Positions 36,456 to 45,656 of a DNA stretch of 64,000 nucleotides are shown piece by piece. Positions within the stretch are counted from its first letter, which is position 1. Each line of letters opens with the position of its first letter. Source of the DNA: an uncultured Planctomycetota bacterium (lineage in GTDB: Bacteria > Planctomycetota > PLA2 > JAEUHO01). The DNA lies in contig CAVVXN010000001.1 of assembly GCA_963752285.1 (NCBI GenBank), positions 640,001-704,000 of the forward strand, written 5' to 3'. Position numbers and translations under genes: made by a program. The notes below the pieces were generated by a model. That model was given only the letters and a program-made list of their open reading frames with translations. It was not told the DNA's origin and searched no databases.

Positions 36456-36896
36456 ATGCCGAGACTCGTGATCCAGAAGGGCGAAGCCGCGGGTCAGGAC
36501 CGCATCCTCGGCGGAGAGTGCGTCCTGGGCCGACACCCGACCGTCGACTTCGTGATCGACGACACGCTCGTCTCGCGCCGCCACTGCAAGGTGCTCTCCG
36601 TCTCGGGCCACTGGGTCGTGGAGGACCTCGGCTCGACGAACGGCACGCTCGTGAACGGCCAGCGCACGCGCCGCGCAGGGCTCCGCGACGGCGACGTGAT
36701 CCAGATCGGTTCCACGCAGCTCCTCTTCGTGCAGAAGGACCTCCTCGACGCGATGGGGCACGGGAAAGCGCAGGCCGCGCCGGTGCCCCCGTCGATCCCG
36801 GAGGTCGCGGTGCCCCCGCCGGCGGTCGCCGCGCCCGCCCCTCCGACGTCCTCGCCGAAGCCCGCCGCGCCCGTGCCCCGCCGACGCCGGCGCTGA
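36456..36896 (+). CDS. FHA-domain protein
   Basis: LGR, VSRRH, DLGSTNGTLVNG. Confidence 0.92.
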   Translation: MPRLVIQKGEAAGQDRILGGECVLGRHPTVDFVIDDTLVSRRHCKVLSVSGHWVVEDLGSTNGTLVNGQRTRRAGLRDGDVIQIGSTQLLFVQKDLLDAMGHGKAQAAPVPPSIPEVAVPPPAVAAPAPPTSSPKPAAPVPRRRRR

Positions 36897-36976
36897 TCGG
36901 GCCGGTCGGGGCCGCCCCGCGTACCCTCCCCCGGATCGGGTCCACCGGTCCGTGACACGCCTCGAAGGGAAGCGCC

Positions 36977-38143
36977 ATGGCGAAGTACGAAGCCCCCGAC
37001 TTCTACGGGCTCGACGCCCTCCTCTCGGAGGAGGAGCGCATGATCCGCGACACGGTGCGCGACTGGGTCTCGGAGCGCTACCTGCCGCTGGTGGAGGACG
37101 CGTACCGCGAGGGGTACTTCCCGAAGGACGTGGTTCCCGAGCTCGGCGCGATGGGGATCCTCGGCGGGAACATCGACTACGGCGACTTCCCGCGGTTCAA
37201 CAACGTCGCGTACGGGCTCATCATGCAGGAGCTCGAACGCGGCGACTCGGGCCTCCGGTCGTTCGCGAGCGTGCAGGGCGGTCTCGTCATGTACCCCATC
37301 TGGAGGTACGGCACCGACGAGCAGAAGGAGCGCTGGCTGCCCCCGCTCCACCGCGCGGAGAAGGTCGGGTGCTTCGGCCTGACCGAGCCCGACCACGGGA
37401 GCGACCCGGGCGGCATGGAGACGCGCGCGCGCCGCGAGGGCGACGGCTACGTGCTGAACGGCGCGAAGATGTGGATCACGAACAGCTCGATCGCCGACGT
37501 CGCCGTCGTGTGGGCGAAGCTCGACGGCGAGATCCGCGGCTTCCTCGTCGAGAAGGGCACGCCGGGCTTCACCGCGCCCGAGCAGCGCCGAAAGCACAGC
37601 CTGCGCGCGTCCGTCACGGGCGAGATCGTCCTCCAGGACGTGCACCTCGGCCCCGACGGGATCCTCCCGGGAGCCAAGGGCCTCGGCGGCCCGCTCTCGT
37701 GTCTGAACCAGGCGCGGTACACGATCGCGTGGGGCGCGATCGGCGCCGCGATGGCCTGCTTCGACGAGGTCCGCCAGTACGGGCTCTCGCGAAAGCAGTT
37801 CTCGCGCCCGCTCGCGTCGTTCCAGCTCTACCAGGCGAAGCTGGCGCACATGCTGACCGAGATCACGAAGGGCCAGCTCTTGAACCTCCAGCTCGGCCGC
37901 TTGAAGGACGAAGGCCGGGTGACGCCGGCGCAGATCAGCATGGCGAAGCGAAACGGCTGCGCCGAGGCGCTCGACATCGCACGCATGGCCCGCGACATGC
38001 TCGGCGCGAACGGCATCACCGACGAGTACCAGACGATGCGCCACATGTGCAATCTGGAGAGCGTGAAGACCTACGAGGGGACTCACGACATTCACTTGCT
38101 AATCCTAGGCAAAGAGATCACCGGCCTAGACGCCATCGCCTGA
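36977..38143 (+). CDS. gcdH: Acyl-CoA dehydrogenase, glutaryl-CoA dehydrogenase-like
   Basis: ELERGDSGLRSFASVQ, GCFGLTEPDHGSDP, TYEGTHDIH. Confidence 0.88.
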   Translation: MAKYEAPDFYGLDALLSEEERMIRDTVRDWVSERYLPLVEDAYREGYFPKDVVPELGAMGILGGNIDYGDFPRFNNVAYGLIMQELERGDSGLRSFASVQGGLVMYPIWRYGTDEQKERWLPPLHRAEKVGCFGLTEPDHGSDPGGMETRARREGDGYVLNGAKMWITNSSIADVAVVWAKLDGEIRGFLVEKGTPGFTAPEQRRKHSLRASVTGEIVLQDVHLGPDGILPGAKGLGGPLSCLNQARYTIAWGAIGAAMACFDEVRQYGLSRKQFSRPLASFQLYQAKLAHMLTEITKGQLLNLQLGRLKDEGRVTPAQISMAKRNGCAEALDIARMARDMLGANGITDEYQTMRHMCNLESVKTYEGTHDIHLLILGKEITGLDAIA

Positions 38144-38244
38144 CGGGCGGAGGGCCGAGTTCGCGGGCCTTCCTCCTCCTTGCGTCCATTCGGACGCGGC
38201 GTCGTCGTCAGGCCCACTCCTTTCGGCCCTCCGCCCGTCAGGCG
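38137..38244. repeat. REP/MITE-like element bounded by a perfect 22-bp inverted repeat
   Basis: CGCCTGACGGGCGGAGGGCCGA / TCGGCCCTCCGCCCGTCAGGCG with nested hairpins. Confidence 0.8.
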
Positions 38245-38253
38245 CGGTACGGA

Positions 38254-38513
38254 CGGGTGGGGTGCTCGTGGCCTTCGCTTCGCTCGGCCACCTCGCTGGC
38301 GGGTGGGGTGCTCGTGGCCTTCGCTTCGCTCGGCCACCTCGCTGGCGGGTGGGGTGCTCGTGGCCTTCGCTTCGCTCGGCCACCTCGCTGGCGGGTGGGG
38401 TGCTCGTGGCCCTCGCTTCGCTCGGCCACCTCGCTGGCGGGCGGAGTGCTCGTGGCCTTTCCTTCGCTTGGCCACCTTGCTGACGGGGTGCCGTGGCCTT
38501 GCTTCGCTCGGCC
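38254..38513. repeat. 46-bp tandem REP-like array, ~6 copies (last two degenerate)
   Basis: Units at 38254, 38300, 38346, 38392 and 38438; hairpin GTGGCC-TTCGCTTCGCTC-GGCCAC. Confidence 0.93.
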
Positions 38514-38543
38514 GGGTCGCTGGGGGCGTGGGAGAATCGGGGG

Positions 38544-39371
38544 GTGCGTCGGTGGATCCTGTCCCTGCTCGTGGTGCTGGGCGTCGGCGGGCTGCTCGTG
38601 TGGGGGCTCTCGGGGCCGTCGGGGGGGCGTCCCGGCGGGGCGGCGCTCTCGACGGGGGGTGGGGGGGAGGCGGGCGGGGCGCCGGCGGTTCCGGCGCCGA
38701 TCTCGCCGGAGCCGGCGGGGCCCGCGCTCGCCGGGCGGCCCGTCGATCCGGCGGCGCGCGGTCCCGAGTGGCCCGTCGTCCCGAGCGACTCGATTCCGCG
38801 GGGCGGGCTCGACGTGGCGGTCCTCGAGCCCGACGGGACGCCCTTCCCCCTGGCGGGCGTGAACCTCAAGCTGGTGCGCCAGGGCGCGGACTTCTGGGCC
38901 GAGCCCATCCCCCGGCGCGACGAGGACCACAAGGTCTTCTCGTACCGAAACCTCGTGTGGGGCAAGGTGACCGTCCACGTGTGGGGAGACCACATCGTCC
39001 ACGCCACGCGCGAAGCCGACGTGCCGAACGGCGAGGTCCAGCGCGTCGAGGTGTTCGCCGATCGCGGGGGCTCGGTCCACTGGCGCGGGACGCTGCCCGA
39101 CGAGAAGGCGCCCGAGTCCGTCACCGTGACGCTGCTCGACGCGAAGACGAAGCGACCCGTGGCCGTGCACCACCAGACCCGTCTCGCCGACGCGCTCACG
39201 AACGACGTTCGCACGGCGACCGTGACGCTGCCGCCCGACGGGTGGGCGTTCGCGATCCCGCCCGGCGACTACGTCCTCCACGCGACGAGCAAGGAGGGCG
39301 ACACCGAGGACGTGCCGGTCCACGTCGCGATCGACGAGACGTCCGAGGTCGAGATCCCCTTCCGCTACTGA
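38544..39371 (+). CDS. Membrane-anchored protein with carboxypeptidase-regulatory-like domains
   Basis: N-terminal TM; VAVLEPDGTP; IPPGDYVLHAT. Confidence 0.7.
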   Translation: MRRWILSLLVVLGVGGLLVWGLSGPSGGRPGGAALSTGGGGEAGGAPAVPAPISPEPAGPALAGRPVDPAARGPEWPVVPSDSIPRGGLDVAVLEPDGTPFPLAGVNLKLVRQGADFWAEPIPRRDEDHKVFSYRNLVWGKVTVHVWGDHIVHATREADVPNGEVQRVEVFADRGGSVHWRGTLPDEKAPESVTVTLLDAKTKRPVAVHHQTRLADALTNDVRTATVTLPPDGWAFAIPPGDYVLHATSKEGDTEDVPVHVAIDETSEVEIPFRY

Positions 39372-39423
39372 CGGCGATCGCGGCGGACGCGCCCCGCCCC
39401 GGGACGCCCGCGCGACCGGCGGC

Positions 39424-39834
39424 TCACGCGAGCGCCTTCACGAGGGCGGAGAGGAACCACTCCACCTCCTCGTCGCCGAGGCCCGTCTGCGCGCGGATCG
39501 ACACGGGCAGCGCCACGGACCGCGCGCCGCGGAACCGCTCGAGCCGCTCGCGCGCGAGGGACCCCGCCTCGGTCAGCCGCGCGAGCCGTCGCCGGCGGTC
39601 GAGGCCCGGGCGGCGCTCGACGAGACCTTCGGCGGCCGCGCGGTCCACGAAGCGCGTCGCCGTGGACGCGTCCCGCCCGATCCGGTCGGCGAGCGCGCCC
39701 ATCGGGACCTCCTCGTCCGCGCCGAGCGCGAGCAGCACCCGCGCCGTGGCGGCGCGGACCCCGGCGCGACGGGCGTCCTCCTCGAGCCCGCGGGCGAGGA
39801 GGCGTTCCAGGTCGTCGAGGAGGCGGCTCTTCAT
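39424..39834 (-). CDS. MarR-family regulator
   Basis: LADRIGRDASTATRFVDR...GLVER..DRR..LTEAG. Confidence 0.88.
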   Translation of the reverse strand: MKSRLLDDLERLLARGLEEDARRAGVRAATARVLLALGADEEVPMGALADRIGRDASTATRFVDRAAAEGLVERRPGLDRRRRLARLTEAGSLARERLERFRGARSVALPVSIRAQTGLGDEEVEWFLSALVKALA

Positions 39835-39841
39835 GCTTGCA

Positions 39842-41104
39842 TCATGCAACCGATTGAGGGCCCGCGCCGGCGGCGGACGCTGCCGCCGCCCCGCCGGCCA
39901 CCCAGCCGCTCGACCACGCCCACTGGAAGTTGAAGCCCCCGATCCGGCCGTCCACGTCGAGGATCTCCCCGGCCAGGAAGAGCCCCGGCCGGACCCGACT
40001 CTCCATCCGGTCCAGGTGGACCTCCCCGAGCGGGACACCGCCCGCCGTCGCCTCGGCGTACGCCCAGCCCCGCGGGCCCACGACGGGCAGCGCCGACGCC
40101 ACGAGCGCGCCCGCGAGGCGGCGGCGCCCCTCCCGGGGGAGGTTCGCCGACCGCTGGTCGGGCCCGACGCCCGCCTCGGCGAGCAGCGCCTCGGCGAGAC
40201 GCCGCGGGAGCCGCGTCTGGAGCCGGGAGAGGAGCCGGTCGCCGCCGCCCTCGGCGAGCCATCGCTCGACCGAAGGCGCGGTCTCGCCGGGGAGCCAGGA
40301 CGCCACGAGCCGCGCGGCGGGGTCGTCCTCGCGGGCGTCGATCCACCAGCGGCTCACGTCGAGCACCGCGGGTCCGCTCAGCCCGAAGTGGGTCAGCAGC
40401 ACGGGACCCTCGAAGCGGACGAGCGCGTGTCCCCGCCCGTCCTCGACCGTCAGGGCCGCGGGCGCGCTCACCCCGCGAAGCCGGGTGTACGGGTGCCCCG
40501 GGGGGAGGAGGAGGGGGACGAGGGCGGGGAAGATCCGCGGCGTCGTCGCGTGGCCGAGGCGGCGCGCGAGCTCGTACCCGTGCCCGTCCGACCCGGTCTC
40601 GGGGACGCTTCGGCCCCCCGTCGTGAGGATGGTCCGCGCGCCGAGGATCCGACCCGCGGGACCTGCGGCGACGAGCCCGCCGTCGCTCGGTTCGAGCGAC
40701 GCGACGCGCCACGGCCACCGGATCTCGACGCCCGCGGACCGCGCGGCCCCGACGAGCGCGTCGAGGACCGTCCGCGCGCGGTTCGTGGACGGGAAGAGCT
40801 TCCCGGTCTCCTCCCGGACCAGCTCCACCCCGATCTCGCGGAAGAACGCGACGGTCCTCCCGACGTCGAAGCGGCCGAGCACCTTGCGGATCGCCGCGCG
40901 CGAGCCGCCCGCGAACCCCGTCTCGTCCACCACGTCGTGCGTGACGTTGCAGCGGCCGCCGCCCGCGATCAGGATCTTCGCGCCCAGCCGTCGCGCCCCG
41001 TCGAGCGCCACGATCCGCGCGCCCGGGCTCTGGCGGCCGGCCGTGATCGCGGCCATGAGCCCGGCCGCGCCGGCTCCCACCACGACGACGTCGGCCCGCT
41101 CCAT
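39842..41104 (-). CDS. HI0933/YhiN-family flavoprotein
   Basis: VVGAGAAG, KILIAGGGRCNVT, LLTHFGLSGP, GGFNFQWAWSSG. Confidence 0.93.
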   Translation of the reverse strand: MERADVVVVGAGAAGLMAAITAGRQSPGARIVALDGARRLGAKILIAGGGRCNVTHDVVDETGFAGGSRAAIRKVLGRFDVGRTVAFFREIGVELVREETGKLFPSTNRARTVLDALVGAARSAGVEIRWPWRVASLEPSDGGLVAAGPAGRILGARTILTTGGRSVPETGSDGHGYELARRLGHATTPRIFPALVPLLLPPGHPYTRLRGVSAPAALTVEDGRGHALVRFEGPVLLTHFGLSGPAVLDVSRWWIDAREDDPAARLVASWLPGETAPSVERWLAEGGGDRLLSRLQTRLPRRLAEALLAEAGVGPDQRSANLPREGRRRLAGALVASALPVVGPRGWAYAEATAGGVPLGEVHLDRMESRVRPGLFLAGEILDVDGRIGGFNFQWAWSSGWVAGGAAAASAAGAGPQSVA

Positions 41105-41209
41105 CGCCGGGAGTCTACGGGCGGGTCGCCTCCCGCATGGCCCGCGGCGGGCCGGCCGGGTATGACGGTCGTCTCGCCGCCGGTCGGGTCGGGGGCGCGG
41201 GAGGTCGAG

Positions 41210-42073
41210 ATGGGTGCCGGGACCGTGCTTCCGAGCCGGCGTGCCCGCGTGTGGGGGACGCTCCTCGTCGCGCTCGGGCTCTCGATCGGGCTCCTCCTCT
41301 GGGCGAACGCATCGAGGGGGACCCGCGCGGTGCACCCCGCCGCCGGCCCCGTCGCGCTCTCGTCCGCGCGCCGGCCGATCGTGGTGACGGTCGTGGACGA
41401 GGCGGGGGCCGTCGTGCCGGGCGCAGAGGCCTTCGTCCGCTCCGAGCCGGGCGCGGCCGACGCCCCGGGGACCACCTGGTCGCCCGAGGACGGGCGGCTC
41501 GAGCTCCCGTGGTCGGGCGCGCCGCGGTCCGTGGTGGTCCAGGCGCCGGGCTTCCGGATGCTCCGCGCGGACGACGTGCGCGGAGACCGGCGCCTCGTGC
41601 TGCGCCCGGGCTACGTCGTCCGCCTCCACGTGACCGGCGACGCGGACCGGCCCGCGCCGCCGCTCCACGTGGTCCTGCAGGTCCGCGCGGCCCCGTCGCC
41701 CCCGGAGGGGACGGACGGTGGAGCCCGGGCCCCGACCGAGGCGGACCGTCTCGCGGCCGTGGTCCGCCTGATGGAGCCCGTCGCCCCGCCGACCGAGGGC
41801 ATCCCGCCGCTGCCGCGCGAGGGGTTCGGCATGGCGCTCGACGAGCGCCGGGCGGGCGCGGGCGTGCGCGTTCCCGTCGCGGGACGGTACGTCGTCCGGT
41901 GGGGCCTCCTCGACCAGCGACGCGGTCGTTGGTACTCGCTCCCCGACGGCGCGAGCACCGAGATCGACGTCGCCGACCAGGACGCGCCGCAGGACTTCGA
42001 CGTGCCGGTCACGTCCGAGGCCATCGCGGCGACGAAGAAGGGGCTCGACGCCACGTTCGAGCTCGGGCGCTGA
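41210..42073 (+). CDS. Membrane-anchored hypothetical protein
   Basis: TM VWGTLLVALGLSIGLLLW; VTVVDEAGAVVPGA. Confidence 0.65.
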   Translation: MGAGTVLPSRRARVWGTLLVALGLSIGLLLWANASRGTRAVHPAAGPVALSSARRPIVVTVVDEAGAVVPGAEAFVRSEPGAADAPGTTWSPEDGRLELPWSGAPRSVVVQAPGFRMLRADDVRGDRRLVLRPGYVVRLHVTGDADRPAPPLHVVLQVRAAPSPPEGTDGGARAPTEADRLAAVVRLMEPVAPPTEGIPPLPREGFGMALDERRAGAGVRVPVAGRYVVRWGLLDQRRGRWYSLPDGASTEIDVADQDAPQDFDVPVTSEAIAATKKGLDATFELGR

Positions 42074-42076
42074 ACG

Positions 42077-43810
42077 GTGCGCCAGTCGAGGGCGTTCCTC
42101 CAGACGCTCCGCGCCGCGCCGGCCGACGCCGAGGTGCCGAGCCACGTGCTCCTCGCGCGCGCGGGGTTCGTGCACAAGGTCGCGTCGGGGATCTACGACT
42201 ACCTGCCGCCGCTCGTGCGCGTGCTCGCGAAGATCGAGCGGATCGTGCGCGAGGCGATGGACGCCGCCGGCGGTCAGGAGATGCACCTGCCCGTGCTCCA
42301 GCCGAAGGAGCTCTGGGAGGCGAGCGGTCGCTGGGAGCGCTACGTCGCCGACGAGATCCTGTTCCGCCTCGAGGACCGGCGCGGCGCGACGCTCTGCCTG
42401 GGCCCCACGCACGAGGAGGTCGTGACGCGGCTCGTGGGGGACAAGGTGTCGTCGTACCGGCAGCTGCCGCTGCTCCTCTACCAGATCCAGACGAAGATGC
42501 GCGACGAGATCCGCCCGCGCTTCGGGCTGATGCGCGGGCGCGAGTTCCTGATGAAGGACGCGTATTCGTTCGACGTGGACCTCGCCGGGCTTTGCGCGTC
42601 CTACGACGCGATGGACGCGGCGTACCGCCGGGTGTTCGAGCGCTGCGGGCTCGCGTTCCTCTCGGTCGAGGCCGACGCCGGCGCGATCGGCGGGGCGGGG
42701 CGGAGCGAGGAGTTCATGGTCCTCGCCGACACGGGCGAGGACGAGATCCTCCACTGCGAGGCGTGCGGCTACGGCGCGAACGTCGAGAAGGCCTCGAGCC
42801 GCGTCTCGCCCGCGCCCGACGGCGGCGCGCCGCGGCCGCTTTGCCGCGTCGCGACGCCGAACGTGCGCTCCGTGGAGGAGCTTCACGGGTTCTTCCCCGA
42901 CGTCCCCCCGGCGCGGATGGTCAAGACGCTCTGCTACGCCGCGCGGTACGGCGACCGCGTCGAGGACGTCGCGGTGTTGATCCGGGGCGACCTCGCCCTG
43001 AACGAGGTGAAGCTCGTGAACGCGCTCGGCGCCCTCGCCGTCTCGCTCGCCGACGACGAGCAGGTGCGGCGGATGACGGGCGCCGAGCCGGGGTTCGCCG
43101 GCCCCGTCGGGCTCGCGGCACACGTGCGCCTCCTCGCCGACGCGACCGTCGAGGGCATGACGAACGTGCTCGCGGGCGGCTGCGAGACCGACGTCCACTG
43201 CCTCGACGTGAACCTCGGCCGCGACGTCGCGCGCCCGCCCTTCGCCGACCTGAAGGCCGCGCGGGCGGGCGAGGGCTGTCCCTCGTGCGGCGCCCCGCTC
43301 CTCTCGGCGCGCGGGATCGAGGTGGGACACATCTTCATGCTCGGGACGAAGTACAGCGAGAAGATGGGCGCGACGTTCGCCGCCGAGGACGGGAAGAGCC
43401 TGCCGTTCGTGATGGGCTGCTACGGGATCGGGGTGAGCCGCATCGCGGCCGCGACCGTCGAGCAGCACCACGACGACGCCGGCATCGTCTGGCCGGCCTC
43501 GATCGCACCCTGGCACGCGCACGTCCTCTGCCTCTCGCCCCGGGACGAGCGCCAGGCCGCGCTCGCCGAGCGCCTCCTCGGAGAGCTCGAGGCGGCGGGC
43601 GTCGAGACCCTCCTCGACGACCGCGAGGTCTCGGCCGGCATCAAGTTCAAGGACGCGGACCTCGTGGGGATCCCCTTCCGGGTCGTCGTCGGCCGCCTCG
43701 CCGGCGAGGGAAAGGTCGAGCTCCAGGCCCGGGCGGGCGGCGAGAAGGAGGTCGTGTCGGCCGTGGACCTCGCGGCGCGCGTCCGGGCGCGTCTCGCCGC
43801 CTCCGTGTAG
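42077..43810 (+). CDS. proS: Proline--tRNA ligase with INS editing domain
   Basis: LGPTHEE, RDEIRPRFGLMRGREFLMKDAYSF, GIEVGHIF, MGCYGIG. Confidence 0.98.
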   Translation: MRQSRAFLQTLRAAPADAEVPSHVLLARAGFVHKVASGIYDYLPPLVRVLAKIERIVREAMDAAGGQEMHLPVLQPKELWEASGRWERYVADEILFRLEDRRGATLCLGPTHEEVVTRLVGDKVSSYRQLPLLLYQIQTKMRDEIRPRFGLMRGREFLMKDAYSFDVDLAGLCASYDAMDAAYRRVFERCGLAFLSVEADAGAIGGAGRSEEFMVLADTGEDEILHCEACGYGANVEKASSRVSPAPDGGAPRPLCRVATPNVRSVEELHGFFPDVPPARMVKTLCYAARYGDRVEDVAVLIRGDLALNEVKLVNALGALAVSLADDEQVRRMTGAEPGFAGPVGLAAHVRLLADATVEGMTNVLAGGCETDVHCLDVNLGRDVARPPFADLKAARAGEGCPSCGAPLLSARGIEVGHIFMLGTKYSEKMGATFAAEDGKSLPFVMGCYGIGVSRIAAATVEQHHDDAGIVWPASIAPWHAHVLCLSPRDERQAALAERLLGELEAAGVETLLDDREVSAGIKFKDADLVGIPFRVVVGRLAGEGKVELQARAGGEKEVVSAVDLAARVRARLAASV

Positions 43811-43838
43811 CCGCGCCGCGCGGCGTTCCCGACGCGCG

Positions 43839-45656
43839 TCACTTCTCGGTGGCGCGGACCTGGAGCTCGTAGAGCCGGCGGTACATCCCGTTCTGGCGGA
43901 GCAGGGCGTGGTGGTCGCCGCGCTCGCGGATCCGGCCGTGGTGGAGGACGAGGATCTGGTCGGCGTTCCGGATCGTCGAGAGCCGGTGCGCCACGACGAT
44001 CGTCGTGCGGCCGCGCCGCAGGGTCTCGAGCGCGTCCTGGATCAGGAGCTCCGTCTCCGTGTCGATCGACGACGTGGCCTCGTCGAGCACGAGGATCGCC
44101 GGGTCGTGGACCAGGGCCCGGGCGAAGGCGAGGAGCTGGCGCTCGCCCACCGAGAAGTTGACGCCCCGCTCCTGGACGTCGTGGTCGAGGCCCTGGGGGA
44201 GGCGCGCCACGATCCGGTCGGCGTGGACCGCGCGGATCGCGTCCTCGACGCGCGCGCGCGGGATGTGGTCGTCGAAGAGCCGGATGTTGTCGAGCACCGT
44301 GCCGCGGAACAGGAACACGTCCTGGAGCACGACCGCGACGTGGCGCCGGAGCGCGCGCTGCGGGACCGTGCGCACGTCCACGCCGTCCACGAGGACCCTT
44401 CCGGTCTTCACGTCGTAGAACCGGCTGATCAGCGAGAGGATGCTCGACTTCCCCGCGCCCGTCGGGCCGACCAGCGCCAAGGTCGTGCCCGGCGTGGCGT
44501 CGAACGACACGCCCGTGAGCACGGGCTCGTCGGGCTTGTACGAGAAGCCGACGTCCTCGAACGTCACGCGCCCCGCGACGGAGGGCAGCGGCGTCGCGTC
44601 CGGCAGGTCCCGCACCTCCGGCACCGCGTCGGCGATCTTGAACACGCGCTCGCCCGACACGATGGCCTGGAGCATCATGTTCAGGTTCTCGGAGAGCGCG
44701 CGGATCGGCTCGAAGAAGCGGTCGATCAGCAGGTAGAACTGGATGAACTCGCCGACGGTGAACGAACCGCCCGCGATGCCCGACGCGCCGAACCCGAGCA
44801 CGAGCGCCACGTCCAGGGCGGAGAGGACGTCCACGGCGGGGAAGAAGAACGCGAAGTTGTAGACGGTGGCCATGTGGGCCTTGCGAAGGCGCTCCACGTG
44901 GTCGTCGTACCGCTCCCGCGCGTGCCGCTCGCGCTGGAACAGGCGCGTCACGCGCACGCCGCCGATCGCCTCGGTCGTGAACGCGTTCGTGGACGCGACC
45001 TCGGCGCGGACCCATCCGAAGGCCCGCCGGCTGCGACGCGTGAAGATCCAGGCCACGCCGATCAGGAGCGGCATCACGATCAGGACGAGCAGCGCGAGGC
45101 GCGCGTTCACGAGGAAGAGGACGCCCAGGATCAGCACGAGCTTCAGGGCGTCGTGGAAGACGGCCGCCACGCCCGACTGGAAGAACTCCTCGATCGCCTC
45201 GATGTCGCCCGTCACCCGGGTCGTGAGGACGCCCACGGGGTGCTTGTCGAAGAACGCGAGGCCCATGCGCTGGATGCGCGCGAACACGTCCTGGCGGAGG
45301 CTCATCCCGATCTCGCGTCCCGCGCGGACCGCGAGGAGCACTTGCCAGCCCCGGACGAGGCTTCCGAGCGCGAGGACGCCGAGGAACGCGCCCCCGAGGA
45401 GGAGGAGCCGGCCGTGCGCGCCCCCGGGCACGGGCAGCCCCCTCTGGAGCGCGTCCCAGGCCGTCCCGATCGGGCCGTCCACCGTCATCTTCGCGATCTG
45501 GGGCATCAGCAGGTCCACGCCGGCGAGGAGCACCATCGTGCCCACGCTCCACGCGACGAGCCCGCGGTGCCGCCCGACGTACGCGAGGAGGCGCGCGAGC
45601 GTCCGGAGCGGCGCCTCGAAGGGCGGCGGCGGCGGCGGCGCGGCCGCCGCGCTCAC
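43839..45656 (-). CDS. ABC exporter subunit (TMD-NBD) with degenerate signature
   Basis: GPTGAGKS, FSVGE, LVLDE; GTGA overlap with upstream partner. Confidence 0.93.
   Translation of the reverse strand: MSAAAAPPPPPPFEAPLRTLARLLAYVGRHRGLVAWSVGTMVLLAGVDLLMPQIAKMTVDGPIGTAWDALQRGLPVPGGAHGRLLLLGGAFLGVLALGSLVRGWQVLLAVRAGREIGMSLRQDVFARIQRMGLAFFDKHPVGVLTTRVTGDIEAIEEFFQSGVAAVFHDALKLVLILGVLFLVNARLALLVLIVMPLLIGVAWIFTRRSRRAFGWVRAEVASTNAFTTEAIGGVRVTRLFQRERHARERYDDHVERLRKAHMATVYNFAFFFPAVDVLSALDVALVLGFGASGIAGGSFTVGEFIQFYLLIDRFFEPIRALSENLNMMLQAIVSGERVFKIADAVPEVRDLPDATPLPSVAGRVTFEDVGFSYKPDEPVLTGVSFDATPGTTLALVGPTGAGKSSILSLISRFYDVKTGRVLVDGVDVRTVPQRALRRHVAVVLQDVFLFRGTVLDNIRLFDDHIPRARVEDAIRAVHADRIVARLPQGLDHDVQERGVNFSVGERQLLAFARALVHDPAILVLDEATSSIDTETELLIQDALETLRRGRTTIVVAHRLSTIRNADQILVLHHGRIRERGDHHALLRQNGMYRRLYELQVRATEK

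Noticed and set aside
38141..38244. Sec read-through (UGA plus SECIS) at the gcdH-like stop
   Set aside because: The protein is already complete at this UGA, and the hairpin is better explained as a REP-like element
38254..38513. CRISPR array
   Set aside because: Head-to-tail 46-bp units without spacers
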